Below the pieces are notes generated by a model. The model had not been told where the DNA came from and did no database searches. It saw nothing but the letters and a program-made list of their open reading frames with translations. 64,000 bases of DNA from a virus, in the IMG/VR virus record IMGVR_UViG_3300032311_001249, positions 25,935-89,934 of that record. One strand, written 5' to 3'. Below are positions 40,194 to 49,076 of the stretch, piece after piece (the stretch's first letter is position 1; the number at the start of each line of letters is the position of its first letter). The translations under genes and the position numbers were made by a program.

Positions 40194-41036
40194 TCAAGAT
40201 GATAATAAATTTTTTTGAGAGTATCTTGATTCTATAGTGTTGAGTTTTTCATTCACCTCTTCCACAAGACTATCATCTATTTCATGAGGATATACTTTGT
40301 ATTTTTCTTTAAATATGTTCCAAGACTCTGAAAAATTTTTGAAAAATTCAGGACTTTTTCTAATAACACTGCTCTCATGATTTTTATCTATGTCTTGCAG
40401 ATACAAGAAAGAATCTTCTATATCTGGAAAAAACCAGTAGTTACAACCTAAACCTTTTAAATATGAGAAGTAATAATGGTCTAAATGCTCTGCTGCATTC
40501 ATGTAATTCTCTCCCATATAACCAATATAGTCTAATGTGTTAGCATGATATAACACAAAAGCATGTAAACTATGTTTATACAAATCTACTTTATTGTTTG
40601 TGTATTGCACTGTAAGGCGTTTTAAGGGGGTTCCATCTTCTGACACATTTCCTCCTCCAACACCTCCATGAACGCCGTAGGATAGCTGTCCTGCCCATAA
40701 TCCACTATCAGCAGCAGTCTCTATGTATTTCTGAAAAACTCTGTTGTCTTTTACCAACACATCATCTTCCATAAGAAATAGATATTCATATCCTTTTTGT
40801 TTCATTTCTCTTAATGCAATGTTTTTAGCAATTCCAACTACTGTGGGATTTCTATTGCACTGAATTATTTTAACTCCTTCTGGTCTTTTTTTGAATTGCT
40901 CACCAGCATTAACAACAAAGATTTCTCCTACTGCATCACTATCTATAGATTCTAATACTTTATGAAGAAATTCTTCACGATTACAGGTTATTACCGCTAC
41001 TGCTGTTTTTTCTTTGAATTTATTAATTTCTGACAT
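40194..41036 (-). CDS. GT2-family glycosyltransferase (paralog of 38252-38989)
   Basis: 'AVITCNR', 'VGIAKN', 'LFLMEDD', 'KDNRV', 'ENY.NAAEH.D'. Confidence 0.8.
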   Translation of the reverse strand: MSEINKFKEKTAVAVITCNREEFLHKVLESIDSDAVGEIFVVNAGEQFKKRPEGVKIIQCNRNPTVVGIAKNIALREMKQKGYEYLFLMEDDVLVKDNRVFQKYIETAADSGLWAGQLSYGVHGGVGGGNVSEDGTPLKRLTVQYTNNKVDLYKHSLHAFVLYHANTLDYIGYMGENYMNAAEHLDHYYFSYLKGLGCNYWFFPDIEDSFLYLQDIDKNHESSVIRKSPEFFKNFSESWNIFKEKYKVYPHEIDDSLVEEVNEKLNTIESRYSQKNLLSS

Positions 41037-41228
41037 TTTGATATTAACAATTTATCATTACTTTTGTGTTTTTTCAAGAAATTTAATTTTATTTCCAGAC
41101 TAGCAAGGTCTTGTTTTTCTAAAAAATTTCTATCCAATAGACTTTCACATTAGCGGATTTACTATATCTACTTTTGTCGGTTTTGAAATAATTTATATTT
41201 CTGCCTTTTTTGCTGTAGTTTTTCATGA

Positions 41229-42227
41229 TTAAATACATTTATCATAAGTGTCTTTAAGAGATTTTAAGATTATTTGTTTATCTTGTTCCGATATTAGTAA
41301 CGTTGAAACATATTCATCAATACATTCATAAACACTACATCCTTCAAAAGAATCTTGTATTTCCATTGATTCTGTTAATTCTGACTTAACACTCTGTTGT
41401 TTTTTAAGAACAGTGATAAAATCCAGACACTTTGCATTTTTTAATTGAGTTTCTATTTTTGGTAAGTCTTCCACCTTGTCTATTTCTATGCTAACAAAAT
41501 TATTCTTTATTTCATCAGTTTGAGAAGCATCTTTTATTTTTACAAACTTTGGACTTATTGTGTTTTCTATCATTTCAAATTGTAATGATTCAGAATCCAA
41601 AATATAAACATATTTCTTTTCTCCACTTTCTCCCCAATTTAATTGATAAGCACTCCCAGAGTATATTAGTGGTTTCTTATCATAAAATCTCATTTGTGGT
41701 TTATGATAGTGACCACTAAAAAGCATTTTACATTTTTCCATAAGATTACTTGCAGTGAATCCATGTTCACTAATCTTGTAGGCATTCATTTCAAATCCTT
41801 TTATATCAAAATGACCAAAAACGACATCACTAGTGTCTGGAATATCTTCTAATTTTGTTCCCCATCCACAAAAGCACATGTTATCCAAAACACCGACCTT
41901 TTCATGTAGTGTTATATTGGGCCAATTCTTTAACAATTTAAGAGAATTAACATCACTAGTATTATTGTATAATGCATCATGATTTCCAACTACTATATGT
42001 ATTTGATAATCTGATAATTTTTCAAAAAAATCATGAGCACAATTTATTGTGGGAACATGAACCATCTCTCTGTTGTGAAACACATCTCCTAATTGAATTA
42101 TTGTATTTATGCCTTTTTCAAGGCATATATTTTTTATCCAGTCAGCATATTGCAGAGAAGTTTTAAAAAATGCTGGGTTATTTTTATTATTACCAATATG
42201 TAAATCGCCTGCTATAAGATATTTCAT
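41229..42227 (-). CDS. Recombination endonuclease nuclease subunit, gp47/Mre11/SbcD-like
   Basis: 'GDLHIG', 'LGDVF', 'VGNHD', 'FGHFDI.GF', 'SGHYH', 'YSGSAYQL.WGE'. Confidence 0.95.
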   Translation of the reverse strand: MKYLIAGDLHIGNNKNNPAFFKTSLQYADWIKNICLEKGINTIIQLGDVFHNREMVHVPTINCAHDFFEKLSDYQIHIVVGNHDALYNNTSDVNSLKLLKNWPNITLHEKVGVLDNMCFCGWGTKLEDIPDTSDVVFGHFDIKGFEMNAYKISEHGFTASNLMEKCKMLFSGHYHKPQMRFYDKKPLIYSGSAYQLNWGESGEKKYVYILDSESLQFEMIENTISPKFVKIKDASQTDEIKNNFVSIEIDKVEDLPKIETQLKNAKCLDFITVLKKQQSVKSELTESMEIQDSFEGCSVYECIDEYVSTLLISEQDKQIILKSLKDTYDKCI

Positions 42228-42958
42228 TCCTCAAATATAACATCATTCTCATCATTTTCAATGTATTTTGGTCTTCTAACATTTCTGAAATTCTCATCAG
42301 CATACAGCTTTTCCCAAGTCTCTGTTTGAAAATTTCTTTTTGTTTCTTCTAATAGTTTTTCTTTTTTTATTCTATTAAGATAGGAGTGGCTTGTTATTCT
42401 GCTAAAGTAACCAAAAGGATTAGCTTTAAATTTAATTAATTTTTTATTATTTTCTTGAAAAAATTCATCGCTGTTTTCTTTTGGTTTTTTTTGTGCTTGA
42501 CCTTTTTTATCTAAAAAGCTTATATATTCCACACCATCTTCTTTTGAAGTGGAGATTATTTCTGCAACTGTAAAACATTTAAAACTACAGTCTCTCACAG
42601 CCTTTACCATTTTAAGAGTAGCATCTCCTATCATTTCATCTATCCAGCTATAACGACAAAAATTAGCTCTGTAACCCATTTTAGTTGCTATATCACTAAC
42701 AATGATTGTTAGACGATTTGATATAATTGGAAATTTGTCTTTTTTTATTAATTTCTGAGTTTTCCAATCATAGTCCTCTCCCAAAGATTCATAATAAGAA
42801 TACAACTCATTCCACATTTCCTCTTTGGAAACATATTCTTCTGTTGCTTCTTTATCTTCTTTCTTTTTCCTAGTTCTTTTCTTAGGAAAGTCATCAAAAA
42901 CTCCTATTTCTAGTTCTTCCGATTTTTCGTTGTATGTTTCATCATTTTGTTCCCACAT
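42224..42958 (-). CDS. Late-transcription sigma factor, gp55-like
   Basis: 'EYVS..E', 'IA..M.YR.NF..YSW.DEMI.DA', 'NPFGYFS.I...SYL.RIKKEK'; adjacent to gp47 as in T4. Confidence 0.88.
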   Translation of the reverse strand: MWEQNDETYNEKSEELEIGVFDDFPKKRTRKKKEDKEATEEYVSKEEMWNELYSYYESLGEDYDWKTQKLIKKDKFPIISNRLTIIVSDIATKMGYRANFCRYSWIDEMIGDATLKMVKAVRDCSFKCFTVAEIISTSKEDGVEYISFLDKKGQAQKKPKENSDEFFQENNKKLIKFKANPFGYFSRITSHSYLNRIKKEKLLEETKRNFQTETWEKLYADENFRNVRRPKYIENDENDVIFEE

Positions 42959-42961
42959 ATG

Positions 42962-45529
42962 TTAAAGTTTTATTTTTTTCAAAGAATAATCTATCTTTTG
43001 TTTTTTATATATTTCAAGTCTTTTTCTTAGATGACTTAAAGAATATTGTAAATTGTCAGAGATGTCAAAAATGACAGCTTTATCTTTACTATGATGTTTT
43101 CTCACTGTTCTTCCCACAGTTTGTACTGTTTTCACTCCTCCCTTGCCCATATAGCACAATATGGCATAGTGTAAGTTTTTTATGCTAATACCAGTGGAGA
43201 AACATTTACTCATAACCAGACAAATTATACCTGATTCTTTTTCCATAGAATCTTGAATGCTAGTTCTTTCTTCTGTTGGAGTATCTCCTGTTATAATGCA
43301 TAATTTTTTAGTAGTATTTTTTAAAATTTTTTCCAAAGAATCTATATAGTCTCTTCTATCCACAACAATTATAATATTACCTTCTAATTTTTCAGCTATT
43401 TTTTTAATAATGTCATTTCTTTCTACACAATTTATAACATAATTAAATTCTGCTTCATAAGCATCTGTTGGATTTTGACCCTTGGGAAATACTGGTTTTG
43501 GGGAGTGTTCACAAACCAAAACTTTTACTTCTACATCACTGATGGTCTGTTGTTTTCTTAGTTCATAGCTATTTTTTTCGTATAGTATTGGTCCTATTTT
43601 ACCAACAACATTCCACGATGCCATAATATCGTCCGGGAGTGTTGCTGTTAACCCAAATTTAAAAGGAGTGTTTATATTGTGTATTACTTTACTAATCTTG
43701 TTCTTTTTGTTGTTTATAGTATGAACTTCATCAACAATTACATAGTCGTAATTTTCCACTATTTTCAGGGTTGCTTTAACATCACTGGTTAATATCTGAC
43801 TATTAGCTATAAGAATATTCTGTTTTAAATCTGGAATTTTTCCATCACCCCACATGGTTGTTTGGGGTATTCCGTATTCATGGATGAATGAGAGATACAA
43901 CTGATTTAACAAACTTACATTGGGAACTACCATTAGTATCTTACAGTCTGGTTTGTTGTCTATCAAAGTCTTGCATAGTCCTGCTTGTATAAGAGAATTA
44001 TGAGTTACAGTAAAATCTTTTAATAAAAAAAGTCTATCTCTGCCTTCTACTTCAAATCCATAATATTCTCCTTGCCCAACTTCTTCTACTTTTATTCCTT
44101 TTAAACAAGGATTGTAAAACGGTGTATAATTTTGAGTATTTTTACGCAATATCTTACATGGTATTTTTTGTAAATCACCATTTATATGTACTCTATAATA
44201 TTCGCCTGTTTTTCCAGTTTGAGATGATTTGACACATTTTTTCATATTTGCACTAAAACCTAATGATTTACATAAAAACACAACACTTTCCATAAAACCT
44301 TTTTGTTTCAATGTTAACTCGAAACCTTTGATATTTCCTTTTTTATTTCTTTGTAAGTGTCCATCTGTATCTAAAATACCTGCTAATAATTCTAATCTGT
44401 TACTTTCAGATGAAAATAGATAAACCTCTGGTATATGTTTATTTTTTATTAAGCTTAATTGTTTAAGACTATTAAGAATACTATTTCTGTCATGATATTT
44501 ATTTTCCCCTTCTCTTCCTGTTGTTAAATGATATGTTTTTGCTCTATTATTTAATTTAGATGATGTTCTTATTCTTAGGTTATACTCTTCGGATACGCTA
44601 TTAATATATTTCACTATTTCATCATCCATAGTAGTAACAGAAGGGGTAGCAGAACTTCCGTCTCCTAACCATATACCTAAAAAATAAGCAGGAATCAATT
44701 TTTCTATCTGATCATCATTTATATCTTCTTGTTTCCATCTGATGATGGTTGGTTTCCATGATTTGAGAATATGTTTCTGATATTTGGGTAATTTAAGATA
44801 ATCTTCGACTGATATATTGACTATATCTCCTGATTTAACTTTTTGACCATTGACATAACCATGTTTTTCTTTAGTATTATAACCTTTTTTTGTTTTCCAT
44901 TTACTAGTACCTAATGAAGTTATTTTAAAAGATAGTATATGAGAACTATTAACCACATACTCGTCTATTCCGTCTTTTTGACCAACACTAGAAATTCTAT
45001 ATAATCTGTCTGTTCCCCTTGCTAAAGAAATTACTCTTCTAGGGGTAGAATCCGGTCCCATAAGTAAATCGCCTTGAATTATATCTTCTACCTTTCTAAT
45101 TGATCCGTCAAACATCAATAATTGTGTTCCTTTACCAAAGCATTTACCAGCACCAGTGGCTAGTATTCCTATACCTCTACCATGTTGTAAAAACTCTTTA
45201 AGAGTGTCTTGTTGATAGTCATAATAATCAAATCCTTCTATGGTAGATGCTGTTTTTATGTTTAGATTTGGTTTGTAATTTTTTTGAAATTCTGGTGTAA
45301 TTTGTATTTTGATTGCAAGATTAAGAGTTCTTATATAATTCTCTATTTCAAACCACAAGCCAACTTGAAAAGCTCCTACCGGAGTTATTGCATAGAGTCT
45401 AGGCACAAATTTTCTCATCTGATAAGAGGGATTTTTTATACTAAATTTTTCCCTTATCATTTTTAATAAATGAGATGAACAAGTTATCACTCCATTTTTT
45501 TTAACAAAATCTACTTTTATAATTTCCAA
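42962..45529 (-). CDS. uvsW: UvsW SF2 DNA helicase, interrupted by an intein
   Basis: 'YDYQ', Walker A 'ATGAGK|S' split by the intein, 'VVP...L..Q', 'VDEVH', 'GLTAT', 'FSTGISIKNL', 'QTVGR.VR'. Confidence 0.93.
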   Translation of the reverse strand: MEIIKVDFVKKNGVITCSSHLLKMIREKFSIKNPSYQMRKFVPRLYAITPVGAFQVGLWFEIENYIRTLNLAIKIQITPEFQKNYKPNLNIKTASTIEGFDYYDYQQDTLKEFLQHGRGIGILATGAGKCFGKGTQLLMFDGSIRKVEDIIQGDLLMGPDSTPRRVISLARGTDRLYRISSVGQKDGIDEYVVNSSHILSFKITSLGTSKWKTKKGYNTKEKHGYVNGQKVKSGDIVNISVEDYLKLPKYQKHILKSWKPTIIRWKQEDINDDQIEKLIPAYFLGIWLGDGSSATPSVTTMDDEIVKYINSVSEEYNLRIRTSSKLNNRAKTYHLTTGREGENKYHDRNSILNSLKQLSLIKNKHIPEVYLFSSESNRLELLAGILDTDGHLQRNKKGNIKGFELTLKQKGFMESVVFLCKSLGFSANMKKCVKSSQTGKTGEYYRVHINGDLQKIPCKILRKNTQNYTPFYNPCLKGIKVEEVGQGEYYGFEVEGRDRLFLLKDFTVTHNSLIQAGLCKTLIDNKPDCKILMVVPNVSLLNQLYLSFIHEYGIPQTTMWGDGKIPDLKQNILIANSQILTSDVKATLKIVENYDYVIVDEVHTINNKKNKISKVIHNINTPFKFGLTATLPDDIMASWNVVGKIGPILYEKNSYELRKQQTISDVEVKVLVCEHSPKPVFPKGQNPTDAYEAEFNYVINCVERNDIIKKIAEKLEGNIIIVVDRRDYIDSLEKILKNTTKKLCIITGDTPTEERTSIQDSMEKESGIICLVMSKCFSTGISIKNLHYAILCYMGKGGVKTVQTVGRTVRKHHSKDKAVIFDISDNLQYSLSHLRKRLEIYKKQKIDYSLKKIKL
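43997..45142 (-). mobile_element. Intein (382 aa) with LAGLIDADG homing endonuclease
   Basis: Starts CFGKGT (block A); 'VNSSHIL' (block B); LAGLIDADG-like 'LGIWLGDG' and 'LAGILDTDG'; ends 'YYGFEV...FTVTHN' followed by Ser. Confidence 0.95.
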
Positions 45530-45570
45530 ATCCCATTATTACAAAAATCATCAAATTCATTATTAATAAA

Positions 45571-45978
45571 TTATAACTGCTCCATTTTCAATAATTCTAC
45601 AATATTTTTAAAATCAAACCCTATTTGACTAAAAATTTTGTTTACTGCACTGTCTAAAAATTCCACCAATAGCTCTTGTTCTTTTATTTTCTTTTGGATG
45701 CTTTTAAAATCCATTTGAGATTCTAATTTGGAAGCAACCACTGCCTTGCTAAGCTTTAATGGATTGTCTTTTTGTAAAGCATTGTTTAAAAAATTCTCTT
45801 TGATTTCTACCAATTCTAATAATTGTTTTTTACTTTTTATTAGCCTAAAGAGCCATTTATGTTTAACATTAGGAGCACTTAGTTGCTTTTCCATAACATT
45901 AGTTACATCTATTTGTGTGTCCATTTCTATCTCTTTGGAATAATCTTCCATTAATTCCATTGGTTGCTTGTCAGTCAT
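45571..45978 (-). CDS. uvsY: Recombination mediator UvsY-like
   Basis: 'D.QID...L....L..PN.KHKW', '...L....GFDFKNIVE' pattern; adjacent to uvsW; ATG 45978 follows TTGAAA-N17-TACATT-N6. Confidence 0.8.
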   Translation of the reverse strand: MTDKQPMELMEDYSKEIEMDTQIDVTNVMEKQLSAPNVKHKWLFRLIKSKKQLLELVEIKENFLNNALQKDNPLKLSKAVVASKLESQMDFKSIQKKIKEQELLVEFLDSAVNKIFSQIGFDFKNIVELLKMEQL

Positions 45979-46027
45979 AAAATAAATGTAACACATTAAT
46001 TATACTTTTTCAAGTAAATAATATAAA

Positions 46028-46411
46028 ATGACTAAAAATTTTGACAAATTCATAAAGCAGATAATAGAGAATATAAGTTTTGAATATAACGGTCTATTAA
46101 AAGATGAATGGGTGCATTTTCCCAACATTTCGGAATTTGATTTAAAGAATGGTATATATTTAGATGATTGGGATTTAACCAATTTTACAGAATTTAAACA
46201 ACTTATGAAAAAAGCTGATTCTGAGAAAAGATATATTTTTGGTCAAGCTTATCCGTACAATACTGTTGCTAATATGATGAAAAAAGGAAAAGACAGACAA
46301 GAAGCACAACAAGAATTCCAGAAAGACAGACAAAGATTAATGAATTTTTATAAAAAATTTAATTTTATACATACTCATAAAGGATGGATGTTCAGACCTT
46401 TTAAAGATTAA
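46028..46411 (+). CDS. GNAT-like late protein with putative capsid-targeting N-terminus
   Basis: 'L.KKAD....I..QAYP....RL.NFYKKFNF.....M.R' resembles the GNAT C-terminal motif; MTKNFDKFIKQIIE; AGTAAATA upstream. Confidence 0.5.
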   Translation: MTKNFDKFIKQIIENISFEYNGLLKDEWVHFPNISEFDLKNGIYLDDWDLTNFTEFKQLMKKADSEKRYIFGQAYPYNTVANMMKKGKDRQEAQQEFQKDRQRLMNFYKKFNFIHTHKGWMFRPFKD

Positions 46412-46414
46412 TAT

Positions 46415-47200
46415 ATGACCAACAGATTTGATAATTTTTTAAAAAAAATACATGAAAGAGCATTTCATGCAAGCCCATATAATATTTCAGATAATTTTGA
46501 TTTAAAATTTGTAGGAAAAGGTGAAGGAAATAAAACATTTGGATGGGGTTTATATTTTGCAGAAAATCCAAAGGTGTCAAAAGAATATGGGGATTTATTT
46601 TATAGAAGAGGACATGACGAAATTTATATTTATGATGTAGAAATAGATGTAAAAGAAGATGAATTATTAGATTGGGATAAATCATTGGATGAACAGAGTT
46701 CTTTTGTAAAAGATAAAATAAAATATGCTGTAGAATATTTTAGAAGTTATAAATGGAAATCCTATAATGAAAAAGAAGGAACAGTGGTTGACCCTAACGG
46801 AAATCGTTCCAATGATATTATAGCATTTGACGAAAAACAATTAAAAGAAGCACAATATGGAAAGGCGTCTGATTTTTATCAATTTTTAGAATTTTATTCA
46901 AACTCTCAAAAAGATGCTTCTTTAGCTCTTTTAAAAAATGGCATAAAAGGAATAAAATATTTTGATTATCTTTCCAGAGAAAAAAAACAAGGAACTAGAA
47001 ATTTTGTAATTTTTGATGAAAGTCTTGTAAAAATAAATGGTAAAAACATTCATTATTTAAAAGAAATGACAGATGCTAGTGTATTTGGAGCAGATGGTCC
47101 TTATCCAACAGATGATGTTAGAACTCCTTTTGTGATGGGAACATATTCTAGAAAAGGAAAAATTAAAAAAAGAACTAGAAGGAAGAAAAGAAAAAAATAA
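46415..47200 (+). CDS. ADP-ribosyltransferase-like (ART-PolyVal-type) protein with basic tail
   Basis: 'AFHAS...FD..FVGKGEG...FGWGLYFAENP.V...Y', 'GIKGIKY.D', 'NFVIFD'; N-terminus MTNRFDNFLKKIHE; C-terminus KKRTRRKKRKK. Confidence 0.7.
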   Translation: MTNRFDNFLKKIHERAFHASPYNISDNFDLKFVGKGEGNKTFGWGLYFAENPKVSKEYGDLFYRRGHDEIYIYDVEIDVKEDELLDWDKSLDEQSSFVKDKIKYAVEYFRSYKWKSYNEKEGTVVDPNGNRSNDIIAFDEKQLKEAQYGKASDFYQFLEFYSNSQKDASLALLKNGIKGIKYFDYLSREKKQGTRNFVIFDESLVKINGKNIHYLKEMTDASVFGADGPYPTDDVRTPFVMGTYSRKGKIKKRTRRKKRKK

Positions 47201-47208
47201 ATATCCCT

Positions 47209-47622
47209 ATGCAATGGGAAAATGTGCCTGAAAAAATAGAGGATTGGTTTGGATTTGTTTATCGTATAACATGCTTATCCAATAATAAAAAATACATAGG
47301 AAAAAAACAATTTTGGAGTAATCAAAAAAGACCTCCTTTAAAAGGCAAAAAAAGAGGCAGAAGAGTAATTAAAGAAAGTGATTGGAAAGAGTATTATGGT
47401 TCTTCTAATGACTTGAAGGAAGACCTTAAAAAGTATGGAAAAGACTCTTTTAAAAGAGAGATTTTAGAGCTTACCACATGCAAGTGGGAGAGTGCATATC
47501 TTGAGCTTATGTGGCAATTAAAAGAAGATGCTATATTAAGAGAAGACTATTACAATAATATCATAAATATAAGATTGAACGGCCCTCCCAAGGATTTGAC
47601 AGAAAAATACAGTGTAAAATAA
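47209..47622 (+). CDS. GIY-YIG nuclease (T4 endonuclease II/DenA-like family)
   Basis: 'GFVY.IT...NNKKYIGKK', 'ESDWKEYYGSS', 'F.REIL', 'YYN'. Confidence 0.75.
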   Translation: MQWENVPEKIEDWFGFVYRITCLSNNKKYIGKKQFWSNQKRPPLKGKKRGRRVIKESDWKEYYGSSNDLKEDLKKYGKDSFKREILELTTCKWESAYLELMWQLKEDAILREDYYNNIINIRLNGPPKDLTEKYSVK

Positions 47623-47665
47623 TCACTAAAATTTGAATATCATAATTCATGGTGTATATTAAAAG

Positions 47666-48148
47666 ATGATGCATTCTTTTGAAAAAATAGATGATTTTCT
47701 TTTCGATATAGAGAAAGACATAATAGATTGTCTTTATGATTATGGATTATTAAGTTCTTTTTCCAGAGATGTTAAAAAGATTATTTTTTATATTTTTGTC
47801 AAAAAGATCAACCAGAGAATAATAGATGATGGCAATTTACTTTTTTATCATGACAACAATTTCAGTGATGGTCATGAATTGTTCCAATATTTTGATAAAC
47901 AAAAAACAACATCGTTTTTAAACAAAATATGTGATAAAATTAGAAAAGTAACCAATAAGATTTTTTATATAAAAGAGAAAACAAAAATCCCTTCCAAAGC
48001 AGTTTTATATGACTTAGAAGGGAGTGTAATTGATGAAATATTACTTCTCAAAGAGAAGAAAGATTATGACTTGAAAAAACTAAAAGAATTTTTAAAACAA
48101 AATAACTTAAAGGATTTGTTTGATGGGCTGAGTAAGAAAATAACATAG
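47666..48148 (+). CDS. Hypothetical protein
   Basis: 160 aa; TTGAAT-N16-TATATT upstream. Confidence 0.6.
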   Translation: MMHSFEKIDDFLFDIEKDIIDCLYDYGLLSSFSRDVKKIIFYIFVKKINQRIIDDGNLLFYHDNNFSDGHELFQYFDKQKTTSFLNKICDKIRKVTNKIFYIKEKTKIPSKAVLYDLEGSVIDEILLLKEKKDYDLKKLKEFLKQNNLKDLFDGLSKKIT

Positions 48149-48283
48149 TTATTTCTTTTTCTGCGTTGATGGTTTCCAACCAGTTTTTCTCATGGTTCCA
48201 TAAACATAAGCATTTTTTCTTTCACCTGTTAGATGTTTTTTATTTGCTTGTTGTTTGAGTTGTTTTTCTAATTTTTTGGGCAT
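48149..48283 (-). CDS. 44-aa basic small protein (not in the ORF track)
   Basis: MPKKLEKQLKQQANKKHLTGERKNAYVYGTMRKTGWKPSTQKKK*; GATAAGTA 5 nt before ATG; fills the gap exactly. Confidence 0.7.
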   Translation of the reverse strand: MPKKLEKQLKQQANKKHLTGERKNAYVYGTMRKTGWKPSTQKKK

Positions 48284-48295
48284 AAAAATACTTAT

Positions 48296-49075
48296 CTAAA
48301 AATACTTTTTTATTAATCCTTTACATTCTTTCATGTACCCCGGAGTAACATCTATGATATTAGCTTTTTTATAACCAAGAATAAAAGGAGAGTGAGTAGC
48401 GATTATTAATTGAAAATTGTCGCTCAATTTAACTAAAACATCAAACAATTCAACTTGTTTTGGAATACTAAGTGCTTTCTCAGGTTCATCCAACAGTAGT
48501 GTGATTTTACCATTTCTAGGCAAACTCTTTATGTATTCTGTTTCTAATTGAGCTAGTTGCTTGTTGGAAATATGGTTTGGAATGGTCACCAAATTTGGAG
48601 GAGACTGTATAACTTTCATAATTTTATTAATTTTATGAATTCTGTACTGACCACTGCTAGGTTTGCTTGCTAGTATGTCCATTTGCTCCGCTTCTGTGGT
48701 TATGCCATCAGCACTCTGTTTGGCGTTGCTAAAAAACCAAGTATTGTCATTCTTGCTTAATGCTTCGCTATCATTGTAAAATGAGGGAGTTCCATCCCAT
48801 TCTACATCAGCATCTATCTTGTTGGGAGTTATGTTTCTGTAGCAATAAGGAAAGTGTTTAACATCATTGTATGCTAATTGTGATGGTTCACTAATAGTGC
48901 TCCAGCCACCTGTGGAAATACCACAATAAGCTGCTATGGTTTTTAACATGGTGCTTTTACAGCTTCCCACATTACCAAACAACACATTAAACTTGTCATT
49001 GAATTGGAATTTACGATCTTTCAAATGATCATAACCCATAACAAATCCCGTTTTAAATTCAAAACTTTTAATCAT
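48296..49075 (-). CDS. ABC-type ATPase (AAA_21/SMC-like), standalone
   Basis: Walker A 'GNVGSCKST', signature 'SSGQ', Walker B 'LLDEPE..LS', H-loop 'IATHSPF'. Confidence 0.85.
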   Translation of the reverse strand: MIKSFEFKTGFVMGYDHLKDRKFQFNDKFNVLFGNVGSCKSTMLKTIAAYCGISTGGWSTISEPSQLAYNDVKHFPYCYRNITPNKIDADVEWDGTPSFYNDSEALSKNDNTWFFSNAKQSADGITTEAEQMDILASKPSSGQYRIHKINKIMKVIQSPPNLVTIPNHISNKQLAQLETEYIKSLPRNGKITLLLDEPEKALSIPKQVELFDVLVKLSDNFQLIIATHSPFILGYKKANIIDVTPGYMKECKGLIKKYF

Positions 49076-49076
49076 A

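Noticed and set aside
41037-41228. Possible small gene or pseudogene between gp47 and the GT2 gene
   Set aside because: ATG 41226 gives only 25 codons. The frame continues 30 codons after a TAA, but there is no recognisable homology, so it cannot be supported.
47209-47622. Free-standing homing endonuclease (Seg-like mobile element)
   Set aside because: Only the catalytic GIY-YIG domain is present, with no C-terminal DNA-binding repeats; it fits the small conserved T4-like nuclease family better.
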